NCBI GenBank assembly: GCA_963666425.2
Contig: OY762825.2
Location: 1,376,001-1,440,000, forward strand
Direction: 5' to 3'
Length of the DNA stretch: 64,000 nt
DNA from: Bacillota bacterium
GTDB lineage: Bacteria > Bacillota > JAAYKD01
A program made the position numbers and the translations under genes. Below, in pieces: positions 19,768-29,849 of this stretch (the first letter of the stretch is position 1; every line of letters begins with the position of its first letter). Under the pieces are notes generated by a model. The model was given only the letters and a program-made list of their open reading frames with translations. It made no database searches and was not told the DNA's origin.

Positions 19768-20787
19768 ATGAAAGTATATTATGATGCCAGTCTGTGGCGC
19801 AAGAAAAAAGGAACGCTCGGATTGCCGCAGAAAATCAATTGGCAATTTGAACATGCCGGTAATACGCATTGGATTCCGGTCATCTACCGCTTCCCCAAGG
19901 GTATCGTGTTTGATTTGATTACCTTTCTGGATGAAGCAAAACTTGCCGAGTTCGTCGCCAAATACGAAAATATCGAAGACAAGCTGACTCCCTTACTGCG
20001 CCGTTGTGCCGAACAGGAGCATCCTTATCAATCGCTGCATTGGCAGGAAGTCTGGCTCAATGGTCAGAAGGCGGACCAGAATTATTCCTCCAGCAGCCGC
20101 CTGAGCGTTCCCTGGCAGCAGGAGGATGATGTGCTGCTGCCGCAGCGGAAAGCTTATGCCTCGATTCTGCAGCAAACCCGCTGTTTTGCCTGTACACGCT
20201 TTTGTCTGCCCTATCCAAAAACCAAATCTCCATGGCAAAAACTGGCGCGCGGGCTGCGGCTGAACAGAATTCAGGATCTGCGGCTGGTGACTTTGCCGGA
20301 GCAATGGTTTTCCCTGCTGGAACTCAAATTCAACATTACCGCCGCGGCGGAGACCAGAACCGTTCGTTTTACCCATCCAACCACCGCTGTCCAGCATACG
20401 TTATATTTCCAGGCACCGGAGGAAATTGAAATTCCTTTCGGTAATCAGGGAATTCGTAATTTTTACGCCTTTCATGGATTATATGAAATCGAGCCGGCCT
20501 TGCCTGCCGCCGACAGTCTGCAGTTTGGCAGCGGCAGTCAATTTATCAAATCGATTCAGCAAGCAGGTAAACTGAAAGGAGCCGCTGCCATCGGCATCAT
20601 CGGCGGAGCCGATGGTCCTACCTCCCTTCTACTGTCAGCCAACGGACAGCCATCCAGCGGTCCGCATGGCTTGCCGCTCTATGCCTGCCTCTCTTCTCCC
20701 ACCCTGAAAAAGGATCCCGTCGCCTATTTTGTGCTGGAAGGGATCAATACGATCAAAACACCCAGCCAAACTTATAGTCTCAAATGA
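19768..20787 (+). CDS. Hypothetical soluble protein carrying an AIGIIGGADGPT motif
   Basis: 339-aa ORF with SD GAGGTG. The motif is typical of OadB/GcdB, but the protein lacks their TM segments. Confidence 0.7.
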   Translation: MKVYYDASLWRKKKGTLGLPQKINWQFEHAGNTHWIPVIYRFPKGIVFDLITFLDEAKLAEFVAKYENIEDKLTPLLRRCAEQEHPYQSLHWQEVWLNGQKADQNYSSSSRLSVPWQQEDDVLLPQRKAYASILQQTRCFACTRFCLPYPKTKSPWQKLARGLRLNRIQDLRLVTLPEQWFSLLELKFNITAAAETRTVRFTHPTTAVQHTLYFQAPEEIEIPFGNQGIRNFYAFHGLYEIEPALPAADSLQFGSGSQFIKSIQQAGKLKGAAAIGIIGGADGPTSLLLSANGQPSSGPHGLPLYACLSSPTLKKDPVAYFVLEGINTIKTPSQTYSLK

Positions 20788-20811
20788 ATTTGCCGGCTTT
20801 GCAGCCTTACT

Positions 20812-20846
20812 AAAAACCGCAGTGCGTAACGGCGCTGCGGTTTTTT
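20812..20846 (+). terminator. Intrinsic terminator
   Basis: AAAAACCGCAGTGC...GCGCTGCGGTTTTTT. Confidence 0.8.
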
Positions 20847-20932
20847 GCTGCCCGCTTCCCGCCCTGCGCAGGCACCCGCAATGGCCTCCTTTCTTTTCTT
20901 GTCATCAGGAAGAAATATTTTACAATTTGCTC

Positions 20933-20992
20933 TTGACAATTTTCTAAAAAGCAGTATACTAGCCTCATAGACACCCCCCCTGGGTGGGGGTA
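20933..20992 (+). promoter_or_regulatory. copA promoter and probable CsoR operator
   Basis: TTGACA (20933)...TATACT (20955), then the C/G-tract pseudo-palindrome ACCCCCCCTGGGTGGGGGTA typical of CsoR sites. Confidence 0.75.
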
Positions 20993-21005
20993 AGTCAGGA
21001 GGTTT

Positions 21006-23603
21006 ATGATGAAACAAAAATTCAATGTCACGGGTATGACATGCTCTGCCTGTTCGGCGCATATCGAAAAAAGTTTAAGCAAAACGGAAGGCGTCAATCA
21101 AATCGCAGTGAATCTGCTCGCCAATAATATGCAGGTGGATTATGATGAAACCAAATTAACGGAACAGGATATTTCCCGTTTGGTGGAAGACGCCGGCTAT
21201 ACTGCCGCTCCGGCCAACAGTAAAAAATCGGTGAAAGAAATCGCTGCCCCGCGGGAAAATCTTACTCTGAAGGAAGCACAGGAAAAAAAGCATCAATTCT
21301 TCTTTTCCCTTGTTTTCTTGCTGCCCCTGTTTTATCTTTCCATGGCAAAAATGTTAAAATTCCCGCTTCCTTCTATGTTCAGCGGCATGCCAAATATGCT
21401 GCCTTATGTCTTTACGCAGTTTTTGCTGGCCTTACCGATCGTCTATTTCAACCGCAATTATTTTATCACCGGGTTTAGAAGCTTATGGAAGCGTTCTCCC
21501 AACATGGATTCCCTGATCGCTGTCGGTTCATCCGCTGCTCTGCTTTACGGTATCTATGCGATCTATCAAGTTGGTTACGCTCTTGGCGTCGGCGATTTCG
21601 AACTGGCGATGCAGTTTTCCATGGATCTCTATTTTGAGTCGGCCGCGACGATCCTCACTTTGATCACCATGGGCAAATGGCTGGAAGCCCGCTCTAAGAG
21701 CAGAACTTCCGAGGCCATCTCCAAACTGATGGACCTGGCTCCCAAGACAGCGACCGTACTGCGTGACGGCGTGGAAGAGGAAATCTCCGTTTCCGATGTC
21801 ATCCCGGGTGATATTGTAATTGTCCGTCCGGGACAAAGTGTGCCGGTGGATGGGATCATCACCGAGGGCAATTCTGCCGTGGACGAAGCGGCTCTGACCG
21901 GTGAAAGCATGCCGGTGGAGAAGCAAATCGGCGATAAGCTGATTGCAGCCACGGTCAACAAAAACGGTTATCTGCAGTTCCGCGCCACCCGTGTGGGCGA
22001 CGATACCACCCTGGCCCAGATTATTCGCCTGGTGGAAGAAGCAAGTTCCTCCAAAGCGCCTATTTCCAAACTGGCCGATCAGGTCTCCGCTATTTTTGTC
22101 CCCACCGTCATGGCAATCTCGCTGCTGGCAACGATTGTCTGGCTGCTGCTGGGCTACCCCTTTGATTTTGCTCTCTCCATCGGCATCGCCGTACTGGTTA
22201 TCTCCTGTCCCTGCGCCTTGGGTTTGGCCACTCCGGTCGCCATTATGGTCGGCACCGGCAAAGGTGCTGAAAATGGTATTCTGATCAAATCGGCGGAAGC
22301 GCTGGAAATGGCGCACACCATCGACACGGTCATCCTGGATAAAACCGGCACGGTCACGGAAGGCAAACCGAGAGTAACCGACTTACTGACCCTGGGTTCT
22401 GTCAGCAGCGAAGAATTATTGCAGAAAGCGGCTGCCGTAGAAGCAAAATCCGAACATCCCCTGGCCGAAGCCATTCTGCTCCTCAGCAAAGAAAAAGGAA
22501 TTTCGATCCCGAATGCTGCTGATTTTCAAGTCACGCCCGGTCAGGGAATCAGCGCGGTTGTTAATGGTAAAGTGATTTCTGCGGGCAATTTAAAAATGAT
22601 GCAGGCCTTAGCGGTTGAAACGGCGGCATTGGTCTCCCAAGCGGATGCCTTCGCGGAAGATGGCAAAACCCCGCTCTATTTTGCGGAAGAGAACCAGCTG
22701 CTCGGCATCATCGCCGTAGCCGATGTGGTCAAACCCACCAGTGCGGCGGCGATTGCTGCCTTGAAAAAACTGGGCATTGATGTGGTCATGCTGACCGGTG
22801 ACAATCAAAGAACCGCTGCTGCCATCCAACGCAAAACCGGTATTGACCGCGTCGTAGCGGAAGTCCTGCCACAGGACAAAGAACAGGAAATTCGCAAACT
22901 GCAAGCCCAAGGCAAAGTGGTGGCCATGATCGGCGATGGTATCAACGATGCTCCTGCTTTGGCGCGAGCCAATGTGGGCATTGCCATCGGAGCCGGCACC
23001 GATGTCGCCATCGAATCAGCCGATATCGTATTGATGAAAAGTGATCTGCTGGATGCAGTCACTGCCATTGAATTAAGCAAAGCCGTGATCCGCAATATCA
23101 AACAGAACTTATTCTGGGCTTTCTTCTATAACATTCTCGGTATCCCTCTGGCAGCCGGTGTCTTTTACAGTCTCTTGGGTTGGAAACTGAACCCAATGTT
23201 TGCAGCCGCTGCCATGAGTTTCAGTTCCGTTAGTGTTGTGACCAATGCGCTTCGACTAAAACTATTCCGACCGCAGCTTGCCGCGCGGCAACGGAAAGAA
23301 GAAAGCAACGAAGCCCTCATGAAGTCAGAAGCTCTGTCTGTGCAAAACATTGACAGAGTGCTGAAAATAAAGGAAAATGAAAAAGGAGTGTTCACTATGA
23401 CAAAGAAAATGATCATTGAAGGTATGAGCTGTATGCATTGTGTCGGCAGAGTAGAAAAGGCGCTGAATGCGATTGCCGGTGTGTCCGGTAAAGTAGATCT
23501 TGCCAGTAAAACCGCCGTCATCACTTTATCCGCCCCAGTTGATGATGCTGTCTTAACAGCCGCCGTTACCAAGGCCGGTTATGAAGTTGTCTCTCTGGTT
23601 TAG
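21006..23603 (+). CDS. copA: Copper-translocating P1B-type ATPase with N- and C-terminal HMA domains
   Basis: GMTCSAC, TGES, CPCALG, DKTGT, SEHPL, GDGINDAP, YN and MSFSS motifs, C-terminal GMSCMHC. Confidence 0.95.
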   Translation: MMKQKFNVTGMTCSACSAHIEKSLSKTEGVNQIAVNLLANNMQVDYDETKLTEQDISRLVEDAGYTAAPANSKKSVKEIAAPRENLTLKEAQEKKHQFFFSLVFLLPLFYLSMAKMLKFPLPSMFSGMPNMLPYVFTQFLLALPIVYFNRNYFITGFRSLWKRSPNMDSLIAVGSSAALLYGIYAIYQVGYALGVGDFELAMQFSMDLYFESAATILTLITMGKWLEARSKSRTSEAISKLMDLAPKTATVLRDGVEEEISVSDVIPGDIVIVRPGQSVPVDGIITEGNSAVDEAALTGESMPVEKQIGDKLIAATVNKNGYLQFRATRVGDDTTLAQIIRLVEEASSSKAPISKLADQVSAIFVPTVMAISLLATIVWLLLGYPFDFALSIGIAVLVISCPCALGLATPVAIMVGTGKGAENGILIKSAEALEMAHTIDTVILDKTGTVTEGKPRVTDLLTLGSVSSEELLQKAAAVEAKSEHPLAEAILLLSKEKGISIPNAADFQVTPGQGISAVVNGKVISAGNLKMMQALAVETAALVSQADAFAEDGKTPLYFAEENQLLGIIAVADVVKPTSAAAIAALKKLGIDVVMLTGDNQRTAAAIQRKTGIDRVVAEVLPQDKEQEIRKLQAQGKVVAMIGDGINDAPALARANVGIAIGAGTDVAIESADIVLMKSDLLDAVTAIELSKAVIRNIKQNLFWAFFYNILGIPLAAGVFYSLLGWKLNPMFAAAAMSFSSVSVVTNALRLKLFRPQLAARQRKEESNEALMKSEALSVQNIDRVLKIKENEKGVFTMTKKMIIEGMSCMHCVGRVEKALNAIAGVSGKVDLASKTAVITLSAPVDDAVLTAAVTKAGYEVVSLV

Positions 23604-23621
23604 ACGGAAAGGGACTGATGC

Positions 23622-23885
23622 ATGAAAGCCGATCGATCTGAAGTCAGTACTCTGCTCAAAACGGCCCGCGGCCAAATCGACGGCATCCTAAAAATGGTGG
23701 AAGAAGATCGCTACTGCATCGATATTTCGAACCAAGTCTTAGCTACCGTCTCCATCCTGAATAAAACAAATAAAGCGATTATCAAAGCCCATTTGGGCAG
23801 CTGTGTCCGTCAGGCGGTAGCGGAGGGCAACGATCAAGAGAAAATCGATGAAATCTTGGCGCTGCTGGATAAATTGACACGTTAA
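23622..23885 (+). CDS. csoR: CsoR/RcnR family metal-sensing repressor
   Basis: RGQIDGI..M..EDRYC.DI..Q...H...C; lies directly after copA. Confidence 0.9.
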   Translation: MKADRSEVSTLLKTARGQIDGILKMVEEDRYCIDISNQVLATVSILNKTNKAIIKAHLGSCVRQAVAEGNDQEKIDEILALLDKLTR

Positions 23886-24011
23886 TGTCAAGCCGCAGGT
23901 AAAGGCACCCTGGTAAGAGTTTTTGTCTTATTTTAACTCGGAATTTCTTTTTACTAAGCGATTCTGCTCTAACCTAGCGAACTACTTGATTTCCGAAAAT
24001 AAAATATTTCT

Positions 24012-24048
24012 AAAACCCCGCAGAAAATTACAGTTCTGCGGGGTTTTT
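24012..24048 (+). terminator. Intrinsic terminator
   Basis: AAAACCCCGCAGAA...TTCTGCGGGGTTTTT. Confidence 0.8.
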
Positions 24049-24118
24049 CGTTGACAATAAATACCTTTCGTGATACTATCAGTTAGCTTACTATCAATTA
24101 ATAATAGAAATCAAGGAG

Positions 24119-25522
24119 ATGTTACAGTTTATGAGTGATAACACTCAAGTTAAGCACTTACGCGGCGATTTGACCGAGGGCAGCATAACCAAAAAATTGC
24201 TGATGTTTTCCCTGCCGATGATTGCCGGCAATCTTATTTCGCAGCTCTACAACGTGGTTGACACTATTGTAGTGGGTAATTTTGTCGGTTCGGATGCCGT
24301 CGCTGCCGTCAGTTCCAGTTTCCCACTGATGATGCTGTTCAATAGCTTATTCTTCGGTATTGCCATTGGCGCCAGTATTGTGGTTGCTCAAAATTATGGA
24401 GCCAAACGCCTGGAAATCGTCAATAAAACCATCAATACTGCTTTTGCTCTCATTTATATTGTCGGTGTGATCATCACGGTCGTTGGTTTGGCTTTCGCCA
24501 GGCCGATGTTGGAATTATTGGGAACACCTGCCAATATCATTGGCGATTCCACAACTTATCTGGCCATTATTTTTGCCGGCACCCTGGGCAACATCGCCTA
24601 CAATGTCGGCGGCGGCATCTTACGCGGTATGGGAGATTCCCGTTATCCGCTGATTTTTCTCTCAGTTGCCGCCGTGCTGAATATTTTCCTGGATCTGCTG
24701 TTTGTTGTTGTTTTTCATTGGGATGTGGCCGGTGTGGCCATCGCCACTATCATCTCGCATTTCGTTTCAGGCGCTTTAGTCCATATCCGCATCAATTCCG
24801 GTGTTTATCCGGTCCATGTTTCACCCAAAAGCATGCGGATTGACAAACCGCTGGCCAAAACCATTCTGCGCCTTGGCGTCCCCTCTGCCATACAGAATGT
24901 AGCCATGTCTTTGGGATCGGTAGTCATCCAATCCTTCGCCAACGGCTTTGGTTCCAACTATATCGCGGCCAATGCGATTGTGCAGAAGGTCGATGGTTTT
25001 GTCGTTATCCCGATGATGTCTTTCGGTATGGCTTTGAGTACCTTTGTCGGACAGAATGTGGGTGCCCGTAAACTCGACCGGGCGCATGAAGCAATCAATA
25101 CCGCTCTGCGCATCATTGTCGGCTTTGGTATCGTCCTGGGTATTCTGCTCTGGTTCTTTGGCGGCAATGTGATGCGCATCTTCACCGATAATCGGACTGT
25201 GCTCAGCATCGCCGGACAAGGCATTCGTATTCTCGCTTTCTTCTATTTCATCATGGGCCTCAATCAAAATTTGAGTGGTGCCATGCGTGGTGCCGGCGCT
25301 TCCTATGCGCCAATGGCCGTTTCCGTGATCGGTAATTTCTTTAGGATTCCGGTGGCGTACTTCATTGCCGTGCGGCCGCAGAACCAATACGGTTTGTTCT
25401 GGGCCATGGTCTTCTCGATCATCGTGCAGTTTGTCATGCTCTTCAGCTACTATCGCACCGGTCATTGGAAAACGCAAGGTGTGATTAAAGACGACGAAAA
25501 ACCCGTGATCGAGATCATGTAG
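24119..25522 (+). CDS. MATE family efflux transporter
   Basis: DLTEGSI, YNVVDT, RGMGDS..PL, NIFLDLLFV; about 12 TM segments. Confidence 0.92.
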   Translation: MLQFMSDNTQVKHLRGDLTEGSITKKLLMFSLPMIAGNLISQLYNVVDTIVVGNFVGSDAVAAVSSSFPLMMLFNSLFFGIAIGASIVVAQNYGAKRLEIVNKTINTAFALIYIVGVIITVVGLAFARPMLELLGTPANIIGDSTTYLAIIFAGTLGNIAYNVGGGILRGMGDSRYPLIFLSVAAVLNIFLDLLFVVVFHWDVAGVAIATIISHFVSGALVHIRINSGVYPVHVSPKSMRIDKPLAKTILRLGVPSAIQNVAMSLGSVVIQSFANGFGSNYIAANAIVQKVDGFVVIPMMSFGMALSTFVGQNVGARKLDRAHEAINTALRIIVGFGIVLGILLWFFGGNVMRIFTDNRTVLSIAGQGIRILAFFYFIMGLNQNLSGAMRGAGASYAPMAVSVIGNFFRIPVAYFIAVRPQNQYGLFWAMVFSIIVQFVMLFSYYRTGHWKTQGVIKDDEKPVIEIM

Positions 25523-25552
25523 TTTTAAGCTTACTTTAGCAAATCAGTCTGC

Positions 25553-25587
25553 CTTGCTGCCGTATTTTACGGCAGCAAGTTTTTTTT
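25553..25587 (+). terminator. Intrinsic terminator
   Basis: CTTGCTGCCGTA-TTT-TACGGCAGCAAG followed by a T tract. Confidence 0.85.
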
Positions 25588-25667
25588 GCCTGTGTTGTAA
25601 AATTCCCTTGACAGCCATATTGTTTTAAGTTAAAATATTATTAATTTAAAGGTATGGAGGGAATCAG

Positions 25668-26141
25668 ATGACTGAAGAGCAACGAAAACAACTGAACCGT
25701 TTTTTTGTCAAAACTTTTAACAGTGTCTTGCTGTGGGAAGATCGCGCACTGAGTGAGAGTGGGGTGAAAAACCTTTCTGTCAAAGAAATGCATGTCATAG
25801 AAACGGTCATCCGCATGCAGCTAGGGGCGGCGAACACGATGACACAAATTGCCGACCAGCTGAATATCACTGTCGGCGCTCTGACGACTGCTGTCAACAC
25901 CTTGGTGCAAAAAAATTACCTGCGCCGCCAATCGGATCAAACCGACCGCCGCCTGGTCTTCGTCTCGGCCACCGACAGCGGCTTGGAAGTGAATCTGCTG
26001 CATGATCAATTTCATAAACAAATGCTGGATTATGTTGCGGAAGAAATCGATGAAAACGATCTGGAACCGCTGACCCGCTCTTTGGAGCAATTATCCCTCT
26101 TTTTTGAAGCACTGGCCGCAAAAGAAACAAGGAGAAAATGA
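25668..26141 (+). CDS. MarR family regulator (FabT-like)
   Basis: LSVKEMHVIE, wHTH, DRR motif; precedes degV. Confidence 0.88.
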   Translation: MTEEQRKQLNRFFVKTFNSVLLWEDRALSESGVKNLSVKEMHVIETVIRMQLGAANTMTQIADQLNITVGALTTAVNTLVQKNYLRRQSDQTDRRLVFVSATDSGLEVNLLHDQFHKQMLDYVAEEIDENDLEPLTRSLEQLSLFFEALAAKETRRK

Positions 26142-26980
26142 TCATGAAACAGCCGCCCGTCATTATCACCGACAGTACTTGTGATTTATCCCTGCAGGAA
26201 GCCGAAGCCTTGCAGGTCGAGATGTTATCATTGAAAGTGGTTTTTGGCTCTGAAGTTTACGAAGACAAACGCACCATCAGCAATGAAGAATTTTACGAAA
26301 AATTAGCCGCCAGTAAAGCGCTGCCAACCACCTCCCTGATCAGTGTCGGTGATTTTTTGGACGCTTTTGCCAGACATAAACAGGAAAGCATCGTGGTGCT
26401 TACCCTATCCGCCAAACTGAGCGGGACCTACCAATCCGCTGTCGTGGCAAAAGAGATGACCGGCCGGGAGGATATCTATCTGGTGGATACTGCAACGATT
26501 ACCATTGCTTTGGGTATGCTGGTCAAACTGGCAGCCAAACTGCGTGATCAAGGCGCCGAAGCTCCACAAATCGCTGCTCAAATTGCAGAGGACGCCAGAA
26601 GACTGCGCATTTACGGTATCTTCGATACGCTGCATTATCTGGTCAAAGGCGGTCGTCTTTCCGGTATGCAGGGTTTTTTAGGCAGTGTCCTCGCTCTGAA
26701 GCCAATTTTGACCATTGTACACGGCAACCTGAACAGCATTGGCAAAGCCCGTGGCATGGACGCTGCCATTCGCACTCTGGTGGAAATTCTGCAGCACACC
26801 GACATCATCGATACCGAAATGCCCGTTAGCTTTGCTCATTCCGGCAATCCGCTCAAGATGCTCGAACTGAAAAAGCAATTAAAAATAAAAAAAGCTGACG
26901 GCGAATACATTTTAGGCAGTGTTGTGGGCACGCATGCCGGACCGGGTGCGATTATTGTCGCTTTTTTCATCGCGGAATAA
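26138..26980 (+). CDS. DegV family fatty-acid-binding protein
   Basis: ITDSTCDL, PTTS, LSGTYQSA, YLVKGGR, GTHAGPG. Confidence 0.93.
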   Translation: MIMKQPPVIITDSTCDLSLQEAEALQVEMLSLKVVFGSEVYEDKRTISNEEFYEKLAASKALPTTSLISVGDFLDAFARHKQESIVVLTLSAKLSGTYQSAVVAKEMTGREDIYLVDTATITIALGMLVKLAAKLRDQGAEAPQIAAQIAEDARRLRIYGIFDTLHYLVKGGRLSGMQGFLGSVLALKPILTIVHGNLNSIGKARGMDAAIRTLVEILQHTDIIDTEMPVSFAHSGNPLKMLELKKQLKIKKADGEYILGSVVGTHAGPGAIIVAFFIAE

Positions 26981-27077
26981 CAAAACCAATTGCATTCCTC
27001 TCAAAAGCCCTGACAGGATTCACCGATGGTCATGGTGAATTAGGGAGAGAAACACTTTTTGGAAGGAATGATTTGCT

Positions 27078-28055
27078 TTGCCGCAAACAAATTCATATCA
27101 ACAACTGCTGCGTGAGACCGCAGCGATTGTCGCCTTACAGCCCTGGAATCTATTCAAGGAAAGCGATGTTTTCGCCATTGAACATCCGGAAACCCATCTG
27201 CTTTATTTTGTCAGTATCTTTGGTCAAAATGGTCTGGACTATGGCTTTTATCTTGCCAAAGGGTATGAAGCTTATCTGAATCTGCAGGAATGGCTGAGTC
27301 AGACCGATGAAAAAATCAAACCCAATCAACTGGCTCTTTATCTGATGCAGCTGGCCGGGTTCCGCGAGATGACCGAGGCCGATTGGCAGCTTCTGCAGAA
27401 AGCAGGCCATATGACGGCAACGGGCAAAGGTTATCCGCGCTTCAAAGATTACACACCAGAGTATCTGCCCTGGCAAATTAATGATGATGATGCCACCCTG
27501 CTTTCTCGTCTGCTGCCGCAGGTGCGTCAAGTGATTGTCAAGGCAGAAAAGGACCGCGCTCTCGTCGATTCACCCAAGGGCTGCCTGATCCGCCGTCTGC
27601 TGCATGGCATCTGGCAGGACGATTATCAGGCGATCATGCCAAAAGAACGGCAGCGTTTGAGTTATCTTCGTCCGGAAAATCCACAGCTCATTCAGAGCCT
27701 GCCCATCCAAGCAGACCTGATTTTTGAATGCAGTTTGGTTTTGAGTCTCAAACCAATCCTGCTCAAAGAAGGAGAACGTCCGTTCTATCCTTGGATTTTC
27801 CTCCTGATCGATGCCAGGAATGGCCGGCTGATTGATTACCAACTCACCAGTAAGGCAGAAAATTTCGCCGCAATCAGCACGAACCTGCTGCGTGTGCTGC
27901 AAAAAACCGGCTGTCGGCCTTGTGAAATCAAAACCGGCAGTGAAATGGCTCGCACCATCCTGAGCGGGATTTGTCAGGAATTAGGTATCCCGGTCAGCCT
28001 GTCCTCTCTCAGTTATGCCCCTGAATTGATGCAAATGATTCAAAACAAACTCTAG
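27078..28055 (+). CDS. Conserved hypothetical protein
   Basis: 325-aa ORF with TTG start after GGAAGGA and a downstream terminator; no function recognised. Confidence 0.75.
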   Translation: MPQTNSYQQLLRETAAIVALQPWNLFKESDVFAIEHPETHLLYFVSIFGQNGLDYGFYLAKGYEAYLNLQEWLSQTDEKIKPNQLALYLMQLAGFREMTEADWQLLQKAGHMTATGKGYPRFKDYTPEYLPWQINDDDATLLSRLLPQVRQVIVKAEKDRALVDSPKGCLIRRLLHGIWQDDYQAIMPKERQRLSYLRPENPQLIQSLPIQADLIFECSLVLSLKPILLKEGERPFYPWIFLLIDARNGRLIDYQLTSKAENFAAISTNLLRVLQKTGCRPCEIKTGSEMARTILSGICQELGIPVSLSSLSYAPELMQMIQNKL

Positions 28056-28061
28056 AACCGC

Positions 28062-28100
28062 ATCCGCATTGTCTTAAAACGACAATGCGGATCATTTTTT
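28062..28100 (+). terminator. Intrinsic terminator
   Basis: ATCCGCATTGTC...GACAATGCGGAT followed by a T tract. Confidence 0.8.
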
Positions 28101-28266
28101 AAGGAAGAGTCTAAATATTTCTCTTTGCTACTGGCATGATGCCTGCAAATCTGATATAATGTTGAATATATATTGGGATGATTCATCCTGAAAATATAAA
28201 CTTCGTATGCCGTCAGCCGACATGCGTTTCTTAAAAAACCAATCACCTAAGGAGGATTATGTATAG

Positions 28267-29226
28267 ATGGAAGAAGTAAAACAAACCAACCCGCCGCAGG
28301 AAAAACCTGTGGAAATCCCGGCAGCCGTGAGCGAAAAAGAAGCAACGGAAGAAACTCTGCCTAAAGTATATCCCGGTTCCGGTCTCAATAAAAACCCAGC
28401 CCGTATGATGAAAATCGAAGAAGTAGTGCAATGGGATATGGAATTCGGGGTCAAGGTCGGACCCATCGGTTACGATCATAGTCTAGCTTGCCCTTATTGT
28501 CATCGCCGTATGCTGTTGGTCAGCCATGAAGGCAGCCGCTATCAAAAAGCGATCCGGATTCTTTACCAATGTGAAGGCTGCGGCGCCCATACGGTGGTGC
28601 AGTTTCTCACCCCCACTCAAAAAGTTGATTTGCCGGAAATGAATCTGGGTGAAAAAATCCAGATTGAGAAACCCACACCGGTTCCCAATTTACCGGCTGC
28701 CGCCATGGGCAGCGAACGCAGCACTGCCGACCGCGGCAGCAAAGACAGCCGTGACACCAGCCGCAGAAATCGTTCGGAGCGCGACAGCGAATCAAACCAA
28801 ATCGAAAAAGCGGAACGTCAGGCAGACCGGCCGCGGGCAGAAAAACAGATCCATCCGCGTGAACGCATCCAGCATAATGAACGCAGCGAGCGTCCTGCCG
28901 GCAATCGCAGTGAACCCGTTGTTCGCAGCGAAGTGACGGAACGTCCGCCACAAAACCAAAATCGGCCAAAAAATCGTCAGGATGAGCGCAGGCCTGTTAA
29001 CGAACGTCCGCAGCCACAGCCACAGCAGCCGCCCGTTAACAAAAACAGACCGATGGTCACCAAATTGCCAGGCGAACAAATCAAAAAGTTAACCACGGAA
29101 ACAAGTAAAGCAGTGCCTGTTTCTGCCGCCAGCAACCCGGAAAAGCGCTCCAACGCTTACTTTCGTTCGCGCAAAACCTCCCCTTCCAATAAACCAGAAA
29201 AACCGGATACAGAGCCGCAAGTTTAA
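28267..29226 (+). CDS. Hypothetical protein: Zn-ribbon domain plus long R/E/Q/P-rich disordered tail
   Basis: CPYC...CEGC; low-complexity C-terminal half; SD AAGGAGG. Confidence 0.8.
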   Translation: MEEVKQTNPPQEKPVEIPAAVSEKEATEETLPKVYPGSGLNKNPARMMKIEEVVQWDMEFGVKVGPIGYDHSLACPYCHRRMLLVSHEGSRYQKAIRILYQCEGCGAHTVVQFLTPTQKVDLPEMNLGEKIQIEKPTPVPNLPAAAMGSERSTADRGSKDSRDTSRRNRSERDSESNQIEKAERQADRPRAEKQIHPRERIQHNERSERPAGNRSEPVVRSEVTERPPQNQNRPKNRQDERRPVNERPQPQPQQPPVNKNRPMVTKLPGEQIKKLTTETSKAVPVSAASNPEKRSNAYFRSRKTSPSNKPEKPDTEPQV

Positions 29227-29246
29227 TCCTATCAAATCATGATCGG

Positions 29247-29771
29247 GTGATATCGATGTCATGCAGAAAATACGCTCTGCTTTTGCTGCTGTCTTGTTTG
29301 TTTCTCACCGCCTGTCAGCCTGTGAAGCAACCAGAAAAGCGCCCCGGCGGAGAAACCATCACGGCTGCAGCCGAAGAGACAATCCGCACTGCTTTCTTTA
29401 CTTATTCTGTCGATCGGGTAATGGCCTCGCGCACGCTGCAGAATTATCTGCCGCAAGCAGAGGACGCTCTTTTCCTTGCTTTAGACCTAACGGTTCGCAA
29501 CGAAGGAGAAAATGTTGTCCCCATGGACTACAGTGATTTTCTCTTAGTCTGGCAGCAAGGCGATCAAACTGTCAGTGCTTATCCCTTGCAGCTTTTTTGT
29601 GAGACGCAATTACCCGATTCCTACCGTCTAAATGCTGCAGAGCAGCGCAGCGGCCAGCTGATTTACCAGGTCCCCAAAACCATCGGCAGCTTTATCCTGC
29701 GCTATCAGGAAATCTATGCTGATGATTACCTTGGCAACACCTATGAGATTTTGCTGACACTACCCGATTAA
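29247..29771 (+). CDS. Lipoprotein, DUF4352-like Ig fold
   Basis: LTAC lipobox; LDLTVRNEG...G.LIYQVP pattern. Confidence 0.7.
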   Translation: MISMSCRKYALLLLLSCLFLTACQPVKQPEKRPGGETITAAAEETIRTAFFTYSVDRVMASRTLQNYLPQAEDALFLALDLTVRNEGENVVPMDYSDFLLVWQQGDQTVSAYPLQLFCETQLPDSYRLNAAEQRSGQLIYQVPKTIGSFILRYQEIYADDYLGNTYEILLTLPD

Positions 29772-29781
29772 GTACAACAAT

Positions 29782-29840
29782 AATCCCGTATCTCTCCGTT
29801 GGTTTGACGCCAACCGGATGGATGCGGGATTTTTTATTTT
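29782..29840. terminator. Terminator between convergent genes
   Basis: AATCCCGTATC...GATGCGGGATTTTTT. Confidence 0.7.
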
Positions 29841-29849
29841 AGGTAAGGA

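Noticed and set aside
19768-20787. Annotation as Na+-translocating decarboxylase beta subunit
   Set aside because: Only the short motif is present; there is no multi-TM body.
21528-22316. 262-aa antisense ORF in copA and similar shadow ORFs elsewhere
   Set aside because: Explained by codon bias of the real gene on the opposite strand.
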